Shown: positions 35,268 through 44,722 of the stretch, in pieces
Layout of the letters: each line of letters starts with the position of its first letter
Position numbering within the stretch: position 1 is the first letter of the stretch
Assembly (NCBI GenBank): GCA_016211945.1
Contig: JACRHV010000006.1
Location: 1 to 44,722, forward strand
Source: Minisyncoccota bacterium
GTDB lineage: Bacteria > Patescibacteriota > Microgenomatia > UBA1400 > UBA12028
Reading direction: 5' to 3'
DNA length: 44,722 nucleotides
Program-made: the position numbers and the translations under genes
Notes under the pieces: generated by a model
Told to the model about the DNA's origin: nothing
Databases searched by the model: none
What the model saw: only the letters and a program-made list of their open reading frames with translations

Positions 35268-37565
35268 TTGGTAAAATCCCGCCAGATGCGCCGCAAGATA
35301 CACCATCCCGCTGTCCGTGAGTCTCTTCACCTATTTTTGCTGAGGATGTTTTGGTCGTTCTGTGTACTGTGCGGAAAACCGTTGTATTACATCACATCTT
35401 TTCTTTTCGTTATCATTCCATTTCTTTTTCTTACAATAACTATTCCTCGATTTTTTCGTGCGGTCACTTCCAGCCTCTTTCCTCTTATTTCCTCTATAAA
35501 AACATACGTCGTATACAAAGGAACACATCTCGGAATTTTTGTGTCCGTTGTTCTCATGATCATGGGGATTACCTTGTATTCATTTATACTCCGAGACCTT
35601 CCTTCTCCACGCGAACTCATTACGCGCAAACAAATCGTGACAACCAAAATATATGACCGCAATGGCGAGGTGCTTTATAAAATTTACAAAGATGAAAATC
35701 GCACTCTCGTTCCACTCTCCTCCATTCCTCTCCCATTAAAACAGGCAACACTTGCTATTGAAGATAAAGATTTTTACCGACACAACGGATTTTCTTTTGC
35801 TGGAATTGCCCGCGCAATCAGAGCAAATATCGAGCGTAAAAAAATACAAGGTGGATCAACGATTACTCAGCAATTAGTCAAAAACACACTTCTTACGCCG
35901 GAAAAAACATTGAGAAGAAAAATGCGCGAGATCGTGCTCTCCATGATGGTTGAGGCAACACTGAATAAAGACGAAATTCTTGAAATGTATTTCAATGAGG
36001 TTTCGTATGGCGGTTCTGTCTACGGAGCCGAGGAGGCGAGTCGCCGATATTTTAATAAAAGTGTGCGTGAACTCACTCTGGCTGAAAGCGCGTATTTAGC
36101 TGGTCTTCCTCAAGCTCCAACCGCCTATTCCCCTTTTGGTCCAACGCCAGAATATGGATTTATGCGCCAACATCAAGTTCTGCAGCGGATGGTTGAGGAT
36201 CGGTACATCACTGAAGAACAAGCGCAATACGCACGAGAGGAAAAAATCACGTTCCAACCAGATTTGAATAACATTAAAGCACCTCATTTTGTCATGTATG
36301 TGCGGGATTTACTCGCAAAGGAATACGGCGAAGAGGTTGTCGCACAAGGAGGACTTGAGGTTGTCACATCGCTTGATTATTCGATTCAATCTCTTGCACA
36401 GCAGTCCATTGAAAAAGAGTTGCAACGTCTGCAGAGACTCAACGTGTCTAATGCCGCAGCACTCGTAACCAATCCGCAAACCGGTGAAATTCTCGCAATG
36501 GTTGGAAGTAAAGACTACTTTGATGTGAAGCATGACGGTCAAGTTAATGTTACGATCCGTCCACGTCAGCCAGGAAGCTCGATTAAACCACTGACCTATG
36601 CAACAGCATTTGAAAGGGGTATGACGCCTGCCTCTATGATCGAGGATGCGCCAATCACCTACAAAATGATCGGTTCTCCTCCCTACTCGCCAAGAAATTA
36701 TGACGGAAACTACCATGGAAAGGTAACAATCCGCACTGCGCTTGCAAACTCGTATAACATTCCCGCAGTAAAGACGCTCGCGACAGTAGGAGTTTCTACG
36801 GTGGTACAGCAGGGCCGAAAGATGGGAATAACAACATGGGGAGATGAAGAGGCATCACGTTTTGGTTTGTCACTCACACTTGGAGGGGGTGAGATCCTCA
36901 TGACCGACATGGCAACGCTGTATGGTACCTTCCCCAATGAAGGAATCACCGTTCCACTCTCCCCCATTATTTCTGTAAAGAATTACAAAGGGGAAACATT
37001 GTACGCAAATCCATGTATTCATCAGACAACGCCATGCCATGGTACACGCACACTTGATCCTCGCGTCTCGTACCAAATCACCGATATTTTATCTGATACC
37101 ATAGCACGTGCTCCGGCTTTTGGAATGAACTCTGTGCTTACTATTCCAAAACAGCAGGTCGCGGTAAAAACTGGGACAACCAATAGTTTGCGCGACAACT
37201 GGACGTTCGGATATATCTCGAATCGCGTGATTGGCGCTTGGGTTGGGAATAATGACAACACACCAATGAGCCACATCGCCTCTGGAATCACGGGGGCCTC
37301 TCCCATTTGGAATGCAATTATGCGTGGTTTGCTTGACGAACATGAGCCACATCGCTTTGCGTCACCATCCGGTTTGTTGAAGCTACGTACTTGTGCTGTG
37401 ACAGGAACGCTCTCATGTAAAGCCTGTCCTCTTCAAAAAGACGAGTATTTCATCCCAGGAACGGAACCAAAACAAGCGTGTACAGATGAAATGTTCATTC
37501 CAAAAGATGATCAACAGAATGGCGAAAAAAGAGACGGCATACTTGAGGGAGTTCGCACGCCTTGA
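35268..37565 (+). CDS. Class A penicillin-binding protein (PBP1A-like), copy 2
   Basis: EDKDFYRH, QGGSTITQQL, SSIK, SYN, KTG; extended hydrophobic N-terminus; start uncertain. Confidence 0.93.
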   Translation: MVKSRQMRRKIHHPAVRESLHLFLLRMFWSFCVLCGKPLYYITSFLFVIIPFLFLTITIPRFFRAVTSSLFPLISSIKTYVVYKGTHLGIFVSVVLMIMGITLYSFILRDLPSPRELITRKQIVTTKIYDRNGEVLYKIYKDENRTLVPLSSIPLPLKQATLAIEDKDFYRHNGFSFAGIARAIRANIERKKIQGGSTITQQLVKNTLLTPEKTLRRKMREIVLSMMVEATLNKDEILEMYFNEVSYGGSVYGAEEASRRYFNKSVRELTLAESAYLAGLPQAPTAYSPFGPTPEYGFMRQHQVLQRMVEDRYITEEQAQYAREEKITFQPDLNNIKAPHFVMYVRDLLAKEYGEEVVAQGGLEVVTSLDYSIQSLAQQSIEKELQRLQRLNVSNAAALVTNPQTGEILAMVGSKDYFDVKHDGQVNVTIRPRQPGSSIKPLTYATAFERGMTPASMIEDAPITYKMIGSPPYSPRNYDGNYHGKVTIRTALANSYNIPAVKTLATVGVSTVVQQGRKMGITTWGDEEASRFGLSLTLGGGEILMTDMATLYGTFPNEGITVPLSPIISVKNYKGETLYANPCIHQTTPCHGTRTLDPRVSYQITDILSDTIARAPAFGMNSVLTIPKQQVAVKTGTTNSLRDNWTFGYISNRVIGAWVGNNDNTPMSHIASGITGASPIWNAIMRGLLDEHEPHRFASPSGLLKLRTCAVTGTLSCKACPLQKDEYFIPGTEPKQACTDEMFIPKDDQQNGEKRDGILEGVRTP

Positions 37566-37594
37566 TTACGCGTTACCTCTGCCAAAACGCGTAA
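37566..37594. terminator. Hairpin at the junction of convergent genes
   Basis: TTACGCGTT-11 nt-AACGCGTAA right after the PBP stop; no clear U tract. Confidence 0.35.
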
Positions 37595-37743
37595 CCGAAA
37601 AACAATGTTAAAAGAAATATAAGAATGGTAATCCACCTACCACGTTTCGCTTTTTCCTCTGGTGCAACAATAATCTTCCGCACGCGCGGCTTTATCTCTT
37701 CTTTTTTATTCTTCTTCGAATTTTTCTCTGCGCGATCATTCAT
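37573..37743 (-). CDS. Small (56 aa) basic protein with a C-terminal TM
   Basis: Below the ORF-track cutoff: MNDRAEKNSKKNKKEEIKPRVRKIIVAPEEKAKRGRWITILIFLLTLFFGYAFWQR; ATGA overlap with the cmk stop. Confidence 0.7.
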   Translation of the reverse strand: MNDRAEKNSKKNKKEEIKPRVRKIIVAPEEKAKRGRWITILIFLLTLFFGYAFWQR

Positions 37744-38429
37744 ACCGCTCCCAATTCTTTTGCTTTTGTGGCAATAAGCTCAACAACATCCTCAATTGTA
37801 AGATTTGTCGTATCAAGCACCCAAGATCCCTCGACTACATGGAGTGGGTCAACCTTGCGACCCATGTCACGGGCGTCACGATCTTCGATGTCTTTATACA
37901 CCTGTTCATATGCTGTATCCACGCCCCTCGACAATAATTCTTGGTGCCGGCGTTTCGCACGCGTTTCCACCGAGGCATCTAAATATATTTTCATCTGTGC
38001 ATCTGGAAGTACACGAAAAGTGATGTCGCGGCCTTCCATAACAACGTGTGTCGTTTGTGCAATCCGTTGCTGTTTTTTGACCAACTCTTTCCGTACCTCT
38101 GCGTACTGAGCAACAATCGAGGCTCCCCTGCTCATTTCTTCTGTGCGGATCATCCATGACACATCCTCGCCGTTGAGTAACACTGTAATTTGGCGACCAT
38201 CTTGCTCAGAAAGGAGTGGATTGCGAAGCATCATCTCACTGTGTGAGATTTCTTGAGACAGCGCTGCTTCGTTATTAAGATCTATCCCTTTTTGTTTTCC
38301 CAAAAGCGCAGAGGCACGATACATAGCACCGGTATCAACATAGAGAAAACCCAACCTAGACGCGACAAGGCGCGCTACAGTTCCCTTGCCCGCGGCAACG
38401 GGACCGTCAATGGCAATTTGAAATGACAT
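37740..38429 (-). CDS. cmk: Cytidylate kinase, bacterial type
   Basis: IAIDGPVAAGKGT, DTGAMYR, VMEGRDI, KIYLDAS, RDARD. Start ATG 38429. Confidence 0.95.
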   Translation of the reverse strand: MSFQIAIDGPVAAGKGTVARLVASRLGFLYVDTGAMYRASALLGKQKGIDLNNEAALSQEISHSEMMLRNPLLSEQDGRQITVLLNGEDVSWMIRTEEMSRGASIVAQYAEVRKELVKKQQRIAQTTHVVMEGRDITFRVLPDAQMKIYLDASVETRAKRRHQELLSRGVDTAYEQVYKDIEDRDARDMGRKVDPLHVVEGSWVLDTTNLTIEDVVELIATKAKELGAV

Positions 38430-38431
38430 GA

Positions 38432-38659
38432 TTATTTCTTCGATTTTTTCTTTGCTGTTTTCTTTACACCCGAGTCCATTCGGCATTCATCACAGCTCCC
38501 GGAAAGACCAATAAGTCCAACAACGACCAATACAACAGGCCAAAACTTCCAAAGAACCATTGGTAAAACACCAATATTCAACATCATGACCAAAGTTCCC
38601 ACAAAAATGAGGGTCAACGGCCAAAAAAGTTTATGATTATATCCACATTGTCCGCACAT
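38432..38659 (-). CDS. Small membrane protein (DUF5668/LiaI-LiaF-like) flanked by CxxC motifs
   Basis: AGGAGG RBS; FWPLTLIFVG..LN.G...WKFWPVVLVVVGL; CGQC and CDEC. Confidence 0.65.
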   Translation of the reverse strand: MCGQCGYNHKLFWPLTLIFVGTLVMMLNIGVLPMVLWKFWPVVLVVVGLIGLSGSCDECRMDSGVKKTAKKKSKK

Positions 38660-38743
38660 ACATCCTCCTTCGCCCAGTGTGTAATGATGGGGGCAGAACA
38701 ATATGTAGTGTAGCAGAAAGTAGAAAGAAGAAACAGGTTGTTC

Positions 38744-40341
<1,598 letters not shown>

Positions 40342-40390
40342 TTCTCCCTCCTCCAAAAACAATTTTCTTCGATTTATCCATACATTATAC

Positions 40391-41332
40391 CTAAATCTTA
40401 GGTAAAACAATATTGAAACAATCGGTGTACCTTTTTGAAAACTCTTCTTTTGTATAGGTGTGCGTGACGGTTCCGTACATTTCTACCGTATACGCCGCGG
40501 CAACCGCCCCCATTCTTCCGCAGGTTTCCAAATCAAAATCGCGTAAATATCCTGCTAAAAAGCCACCGCGGTAGGCATCGCCAGCGCCGGTGGGATCCAA
40601 AATAGAGGTTGGCGGAGCAATGGGAATTTCTAGTGTTTTCCCATCAGATTCAATGCGTGACCCCTGTGCTCCAAGTGTCGTAATCAAGATCGGTGTCATT
40701 TTCTTCAAATCATCATGCGACAGAGCAAGTTTTTGTTCGATCAACGCGATCTCATAGTCATTTCCGATCAATATTTTCGCACCACCAATTCCCTCCTTTA
40801 ATTCTTCTGCAGAAAAATCTGCAATTTGAAAGGCTGGATCGTAGATATATGGAGCTTTATCTTCGATACATTCTTTGACGTATTTTTTCATCGCCTGAGG
40901 TTCGGTTGGCGAGATCACCACAATATCCGCTGGCAAACACGTTTCTATAGACAATTGATCCGCATACGCAATAGCCCCTTTGTAAAAGGATCCTATTTGG
41001 TTATCCTCTTGATCGGTTACGACAAAATAACTTCCCATCGTCACATCATCATGTACTGAGATATGTTCTGTAGAAATTCCATTCTTTTCTAAAAATTCAC
41101 GATATGATGCAAAATCATTTCCGGCCGGCGCGAGCAAGGATGGTTCAACTCCCAATAGTTTTAATGTGTATGCAATATTTCCCGCCGTTCCACCAAACTG
41201 TTTCTTTAGACTATCAACTAAAAAACTCAGTGAAATTTTATGCGCTTTTTCTGGCATGATACGATCCGCGAACTTGCCTGAAAAATCCATGATATAGTCG
41301 TAGCCCAAACTACCAGTGACAATGACATTCAT
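40391..41332 (-). CDS. PfkB family kinase, adenosine kinase-like
   Basis: TGSLGYDYIM...KISLSFLV...FGGTAGNIAY, TDQEDNQI, NDYE, DPTGAGDAYRGG. Confidence 0.87.
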   Translation of the reverse strand: MNVIVTGSLGYDYIMDFSGKFADRIMPEKAHKISLSFLVDSLKKQFGGTAGNIAYTLKLLGVEPSLLAPAGNDFASYREFLEKNGISTEHISVHDDVTMGSYFVVTDQEDNQIGSFYKGAIAYADQLSIETCLPADIVVISPTEPQAMKKYVKECIEDKAPYIYDPAFQIADFSAEELKEGIGGAKILIGNDYEIALIEQKLALSHDDLKKMTPILITTLGAQGSRIESDGKTLEIPIAPPTSILDPTGAGDAYRGGFLAGYLRDFDLETCGRMGAVAAAYTVEMYGTVTHTYTKEEFSKRYTDCFNIVLPKI

Positions 41333-42252
41333 AGTGATCGCAGCAATCCCGTTTTTGCTCCCATACTGCGAATGACAGAACCCGCATTCTTCTTACCATA
41401 TTCGATACACTGAGTAATTTCTTTATTCGTCAATTGCCCCCCAAGAAATCCAACTGCAAACGCATCTCCGGCGCCGGTTTCTTGTACTGTTTCTACGCGT
41501 TCTCCCTCGTACCAAAAACACTTGCCTCCAATACAGTACCGGCCACCATGTTCTCCATCGGTAACCACGGTTATTTTGGGTCCAACAAAGCACCACTCGC
41601 TCCTCCACGCATCACCCTCCAACGACACTCCACTCAACTTTTCCATTTCCTCTTTATTCACAAATAACACTTCAACAGCAGACCAGTTGGGTTTTAACAC
41701 TCCAGAAACAATGGCTTCTATCTCCCAATTCCCAGGATTCCAACTCAATCGAATATGACGTTCCTTACAATACGAAAAAATACGAGAAATGACATCGGTA
41801 TTCCCAATAGACGAAAGGTGTATCCAGTTCGTCTGAAGAAGGTCTGAATGAAGATCGCTCACCGTGATCATCTGTGCCGCACCTCGAAACACCAATGCCG
41901 TTCTCGCACCATCTTGCGAAATGAGCAATCCGGAAATTCCCGTTGCCTCGCTCTTTTCTTGTACCAACAACTCTGTTGATACGCCTTCACGCTCCAGATC
42001 GTGAACGATAACACTCCCAGCAAAATCTTTTCCTATCTCCGCCAAACATGCAACGTGAAATCCAAGTCGCGCTAATCCCACAGCCACATTGGTTCCCGCT
42101 CCTCCACTGGAAATCATCGCTTGTTCCACCTCAATTTTTTCATTAAATGTCTCGCACAGTGCCAAAGATCCGTCCTTTTTCACCAGTTGAAACTGAGATG
42201 ACTTAAAAAATACATCGAGTATCGCTGATCCTATGGTGATAGCGTCAAACAT
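41329..42252 (-). CDS. PfkB family carbohydrate/nucleoside kinase
   Basis: IGSAILD, GGAGTNVAVGLARLG, VNKEE, ETGAGDAF. Start ATG 42252. Confidence 0.88.
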   Translation of the reverse strand: MFDAITIGSAILDVFFKSSQFQLVKKDGSLALCETFNEKIEVEQAMISSGGAGTNVAVGLARLGFHVACLAEIGKDFAGSVIVHDLEREGVSTELLVQEKSEATGISGLLISQDGARTALVFRGAAQMITVSDLHSDLLQTNWIHLSSIGNTDVISRIFSYCKERHIRLSWNPGNWEIEAIVSGVLKPNWSAVEVLFVNKEEMEKLSGVSLEGDAWRSEWCFVGPKITVVTDGEHGGRYCIGGKCFWYEGERVETVQETGAGDAFAVGFLGGQLTNKEITQCIEYGKKNAGSVIRSMGAKTGLLRSL

Positions 42253-42982
42253 GCGCCTCCTCAAGTTCTGTCTCTCCAGGTTCCGCTCGTTTTTGCTTCA
42301 AACATACTTCACATGTTGAATGATCTATGTTCCCCATTTCTTCATCAAACGCCCAAATTGCCGCTAACGCTTCTTCTGGTGTTGTGGCAACGCGCAGTAC
42401 TTCACGCTCATTTCCGCGCATCATCATGCGTTCACCTATAACATCCAACAACTCGTTCCAAAACTCGCCATACAAAATAAACGGCTTGTGATGACCAAAG
42501 TAGAGACGCGCCAACACCCATGCCGTGCCAAACTCGGAGAGTGTTCCTGTTCCGCCATTAAAAATAATATAGGCATCCGCGTGTTCCATGAGCTTGAACA
42601 TACGCTCAATATAGTTTTGTGTAATCACCTCTGTGTCTGCAACATTTCCAACATACCGCCCCTCAAATCCCGGAGCATCTTTGGGATAAAACGTCACCGC
42701 GATTGTCTCGCCACCGACTGAGGCCGCCCCCTTTGTTGCGGCATCCATAACACCAGGTCCACCGCCATCAACAATCGTAAGACCCTGTTTTGCAACGAGC
42801 TGCGCGGTTTTAAAGGCTTCTTTGTATAGCTCGGTTTCTGGCTCTGCATCCGCGTATCCAAAAAATGCCACATTTTTAATGTGTCGCATGAGTTGATATT
42901 TCTGTTCGCTCGATGTTTTTGAGGTGTCGTGAATAACGGTTTTTGCTCCGCTATGCTCTTCTTGTAGAGGTTGCGTATTCAT
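42245..42982 (-). CDS. LOG family (nucleotide 5'-monophosphate phosphoribohydrolase-like) protein
   Basis: GGGPGVMDAA, ER..L, NGGTGTLSE, KPFIL. Confidence 0.85.
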   Translation of the reverse strand: MNTQPLQEEHSGAKTVIHDTSKTSSEQKYQLMRHIKNVAFFGYADAEPETELYKEAFKTAQLVAKQGLTIVDGGGPGVMDAATKGAASVGGETIAVTFYPKDAPGFEGRYVGNVADTEVITQNYIERMFKLMEHADAYIIFNGGTGTLSEFGTAWVLARLYFGHHKPFILYGEFWNELLDVIGERMMMRGNEREVLRVATTPEEALAAIWAFDEEMGNIDHSTCEVCLKQKRAEPGETELEEAHV

Positions 42983-42989
42983 ACATACA

Positions 42990-43634
42990 CTATACAAGTT
43001 TTTTCAGCGACTCTGCAATGTTTTGTGATGCCCATAAATAATGCCCCGGCGTATAATGCGTCGCGCCAGCATCCTTACACAACCGAAACGTTTCCGGAGT
43101 AATTCCGCCATCAACAAAGAGATCACAGGTCAAATGCCTTTCATCAAGATGTTTTCGCACTTCATGTATTTTCTGTACTGCGATCAGCTCAAATTTCTGT
43201 CCCTGAAAGCCAGCGTGAATCGTCATCACTTGAATGACTTGCAGTCGCTTCCATTGATCTTCCTCTATTGCTGATACAGGCGTGTAAAGATCGAGTGAGA
43301 GACCAGCACTCCATCCACAACTTGCAACGTGATCAATAAAATCTTTTTGCGAGGACATCCGTTCTACTTGCCCAATAATTGCTCGAAGATTCTGTACACG
43401 CTCACATTCCACAACATAATCAATTGGTTCTATCGTTTGCAAGTGTAGATCTATGGACATGTTGTGGGTCGTTAATGAAGTGATATCAACGGGATGAAAT
43501 GTGATGTTATCCGCAAACTCCCCATCAATGATATCGATTTGAACACCAGAAACAAGTCCTTGAACAAGGTTGAGTTGTTCTTGGGCAAGCTCGAGTGAGT
43601 CAGTAAGAATTGAAGGAAAAATGTCGTTACGCAT
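42990..43634 (-). CDS. rpe: Ribulose-phosphate 3-epimerase
   Basis: IFPSIL, QIDIIDGEF, DLHL, MTIHAGFQGQKF, VDGGI. Confidence 0.88.
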   Translation of the reverse strand: MRNDIFPSILTDSLELAQEQLNLVQGLVSGVQIDIIDGEFADNITFHPVDITSLTTHNMSIDLHLQTIEPIDYVVECERVQNLRAIIGQVERMSSQKDFIDHVASCGWSAGLSLDLYTPVSAIEEDQWKRLQVIQVMTIHAGFQGQKFELIAVQKIHEVRKHLDERHLTCDLFVDGGITPETFRLCKDAGATHYTPGHYLWASQNIAESLKKLV

Positions 43635-44061
43635 AGTGTTTTTCGATCTCTTGAACACGTCTGTGATAGCGTTCGTCTTTCCCGTACGGAGTTTCTATAA
43701 ATGTCTTCACGATTGTTTCTACTTGATCTGGATCGACCCACTGTGCGGATAATGTCATGATATTCGCGTGGTCATCATTTCTTGCCCATCGCACTTCTTC
43801 CGACGTCCTGCACTCCACTGCACGAATTCCGGTAAAACGATTTGCCGCAATGGCCATACCACCTCCACTTCTACAAACAAGAATCCCACTATTATTCTCT
43901 GGATCTTGAAGCACGCGCGTTGCAACCGATTGTGCGTATGTAGGATAATCGTCATCCGGATTCAATGTAAATGCACCGCAATCTTCAGTTTTTTGCCCCA
44001 AAAGCTGCTTTATGTGTTCTTTCAATGCAAAACCGCCATGATCCGCGCCAAGAAAGATCAT
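43627..44061 (-). CDS. rpiB: Ribose-5-phosphate isomerase B
   Basis: GADHGGF.LK, DDYP, GILVCRSGGGMAIAANR, ARNDDHAN, RYHRRV. Confidence 0.92.
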   Translation of the reverse strand: MIFLGADHGGFALKEHIKQLLGQKTEDCGAFTLNPDDDYPTYAQSVATRVLQDPENNSGILVCRSGGGMAIAANRFTGIRAVECRTSEEVRWARNDDHANIMTLSAQWVDPDQVETIVKTFIETPYGKDERYHRRVQEIEKHYA

Positions 44062-44069
44062 AGAATTCC

Positions 44070-44489
44070 TTACTCAATAATCAATGTCCCCTTCATACCC
44101 ATCATTCTGTGTGCACCGACCGAACAATAATACTCGTACTTTCCTGCAACATCGCTAGAGACAATAATCGCTTGCGATTCTCCTTCTTTGAGCTGTTTTG
44201 TTTTGACGCCAAGTTCGTCAATAACAAGATCGTGAAATCCTTCTGTATTTTTTACCTCTAACACAATTTTTTCACCCCTTTTTATCCGAATTTCTTTGAG
44301 ATCATATGAGAAGTTTGTCGCGTTGATCGTCACCGTTCTTTCTGGAACTGTTTGTGTCGTTTCTTTTTGTGTCTTTGTTCCACTACTCGGAGGCGTTGGT
44401 GCTGCTGGTGATTTTGATTGTTTTACGATGAAATATCCAAAAACAAGACCAATAAGAAGAAGAAAACCAATACCGTATTTTTTAGACAT
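44070..44489 (-). CDS. Membrane-anchored cupredoxin (blue copper) protein
   Basis: N-terminal TM; type-1 Cu ligands H(DL)...YYCSVGAHRMMGM. Confidence 0.88.
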   Translation of the reverse strand: MSKKYGIGFLLLIGLVFGYFIVKQSKSPAAPTPPSSGTKTQKETTQTVPERTVTINATNFSYDLKEIRIKRGEKIVLEVKNTEGFHDLVIDELGVKTKQLKEGESQAIIVSSDVAGKYEYYCSVGAHRMMGMKGTLIIE

Positions 44490-44530
44490 AACACTCCTTT
44501 GTAAATGATGTATTTCTTTTGCTTATCGTA

Positions 44531-44722
44531 TCACAACCCGAGTTGCGCGCGCGATTCGGGATTCATCATATCAATAACCCATGGCGGATCAAAAGTAAGT
44601 TCGATTGTTACATCCTGCTTTGGGTCAATGTCTCCCAATCCCTTCAGTCCATCTTTTACCATTTGATCAAACACACTTGCTAATGGACAGCCTGGGGTAG
44701 TTAAGGTCATGAGAATATGAAT
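44531..44722 (-). CDS. DUF59/SufT metal-sulfur cluster assembly factor (C-terminal part)
   Basis: Not in the ORF track. Hand translation gives IHILMTLTTPGCPLASVF...LTFDPPWVIDMMNPESRAQLGL*. Confidence 0.9.
   Translation of the reverse strand: MHILMTLTTPGCPLASVFDQMVKDGLKGLGDIDPKQDVTIELTFDPPWVIDMMNPESRAQLGL

Noticed and set aside
31685-37565. Two PBP1A genes as a recent duplication
   Set aside because: They share family motifs but differ widely elsewhere; multiple class A PBPs are ordinary.

Overview
Chromosomal window that reads as a Patescibacteria/CPR genome, most likely Microgenomates. This assignment is inferred from gene content; TGA is used as a stop, so the code is 11. Left part: recF (partial), lepA, murJ, three Cys/Pro/Thr-rich membrane-anchored surface proteins, a rare tRNA-Ile(UAU), an AbrB-Fic/Doc toxin-antitoxin pair, an SDR, a VirD4/HerA-like ATPase, cobalamin adenosyltransferase, cohesin/dockerin proteins and Maf. 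Centre (most notable): an operon led by nrdR and preceded by two NrdR boxes 32 bp apart. It holds THREE divergent, apparently catalytically intact class II (B12-dependent) ribonucleotide reductases, plus Nudix, MazG-like and HExxH genes. Each paralogue has a different specificity loop 2. One carries a LAGLIDADG intein at its radical cysteine, and a 17-bp core of the empty insertion site is present in the neighbouring paralogue. Right part: two class A PBPs flanking a GH18 hydrolase, two unrelated cytidylate kinases, and a nucleoside salvage/pentose operon (sufT-like, cupredoxin, rpiB, rpe, LOG, two PfkB kinases, ahcY, cmk) containing an AT-rich orphan that resembles the RNA polymerase alpha CTD. 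No CRISPR array, rRNA, transposase or integrase was seen. All calls come from reading motifs by eye; no searches were run.
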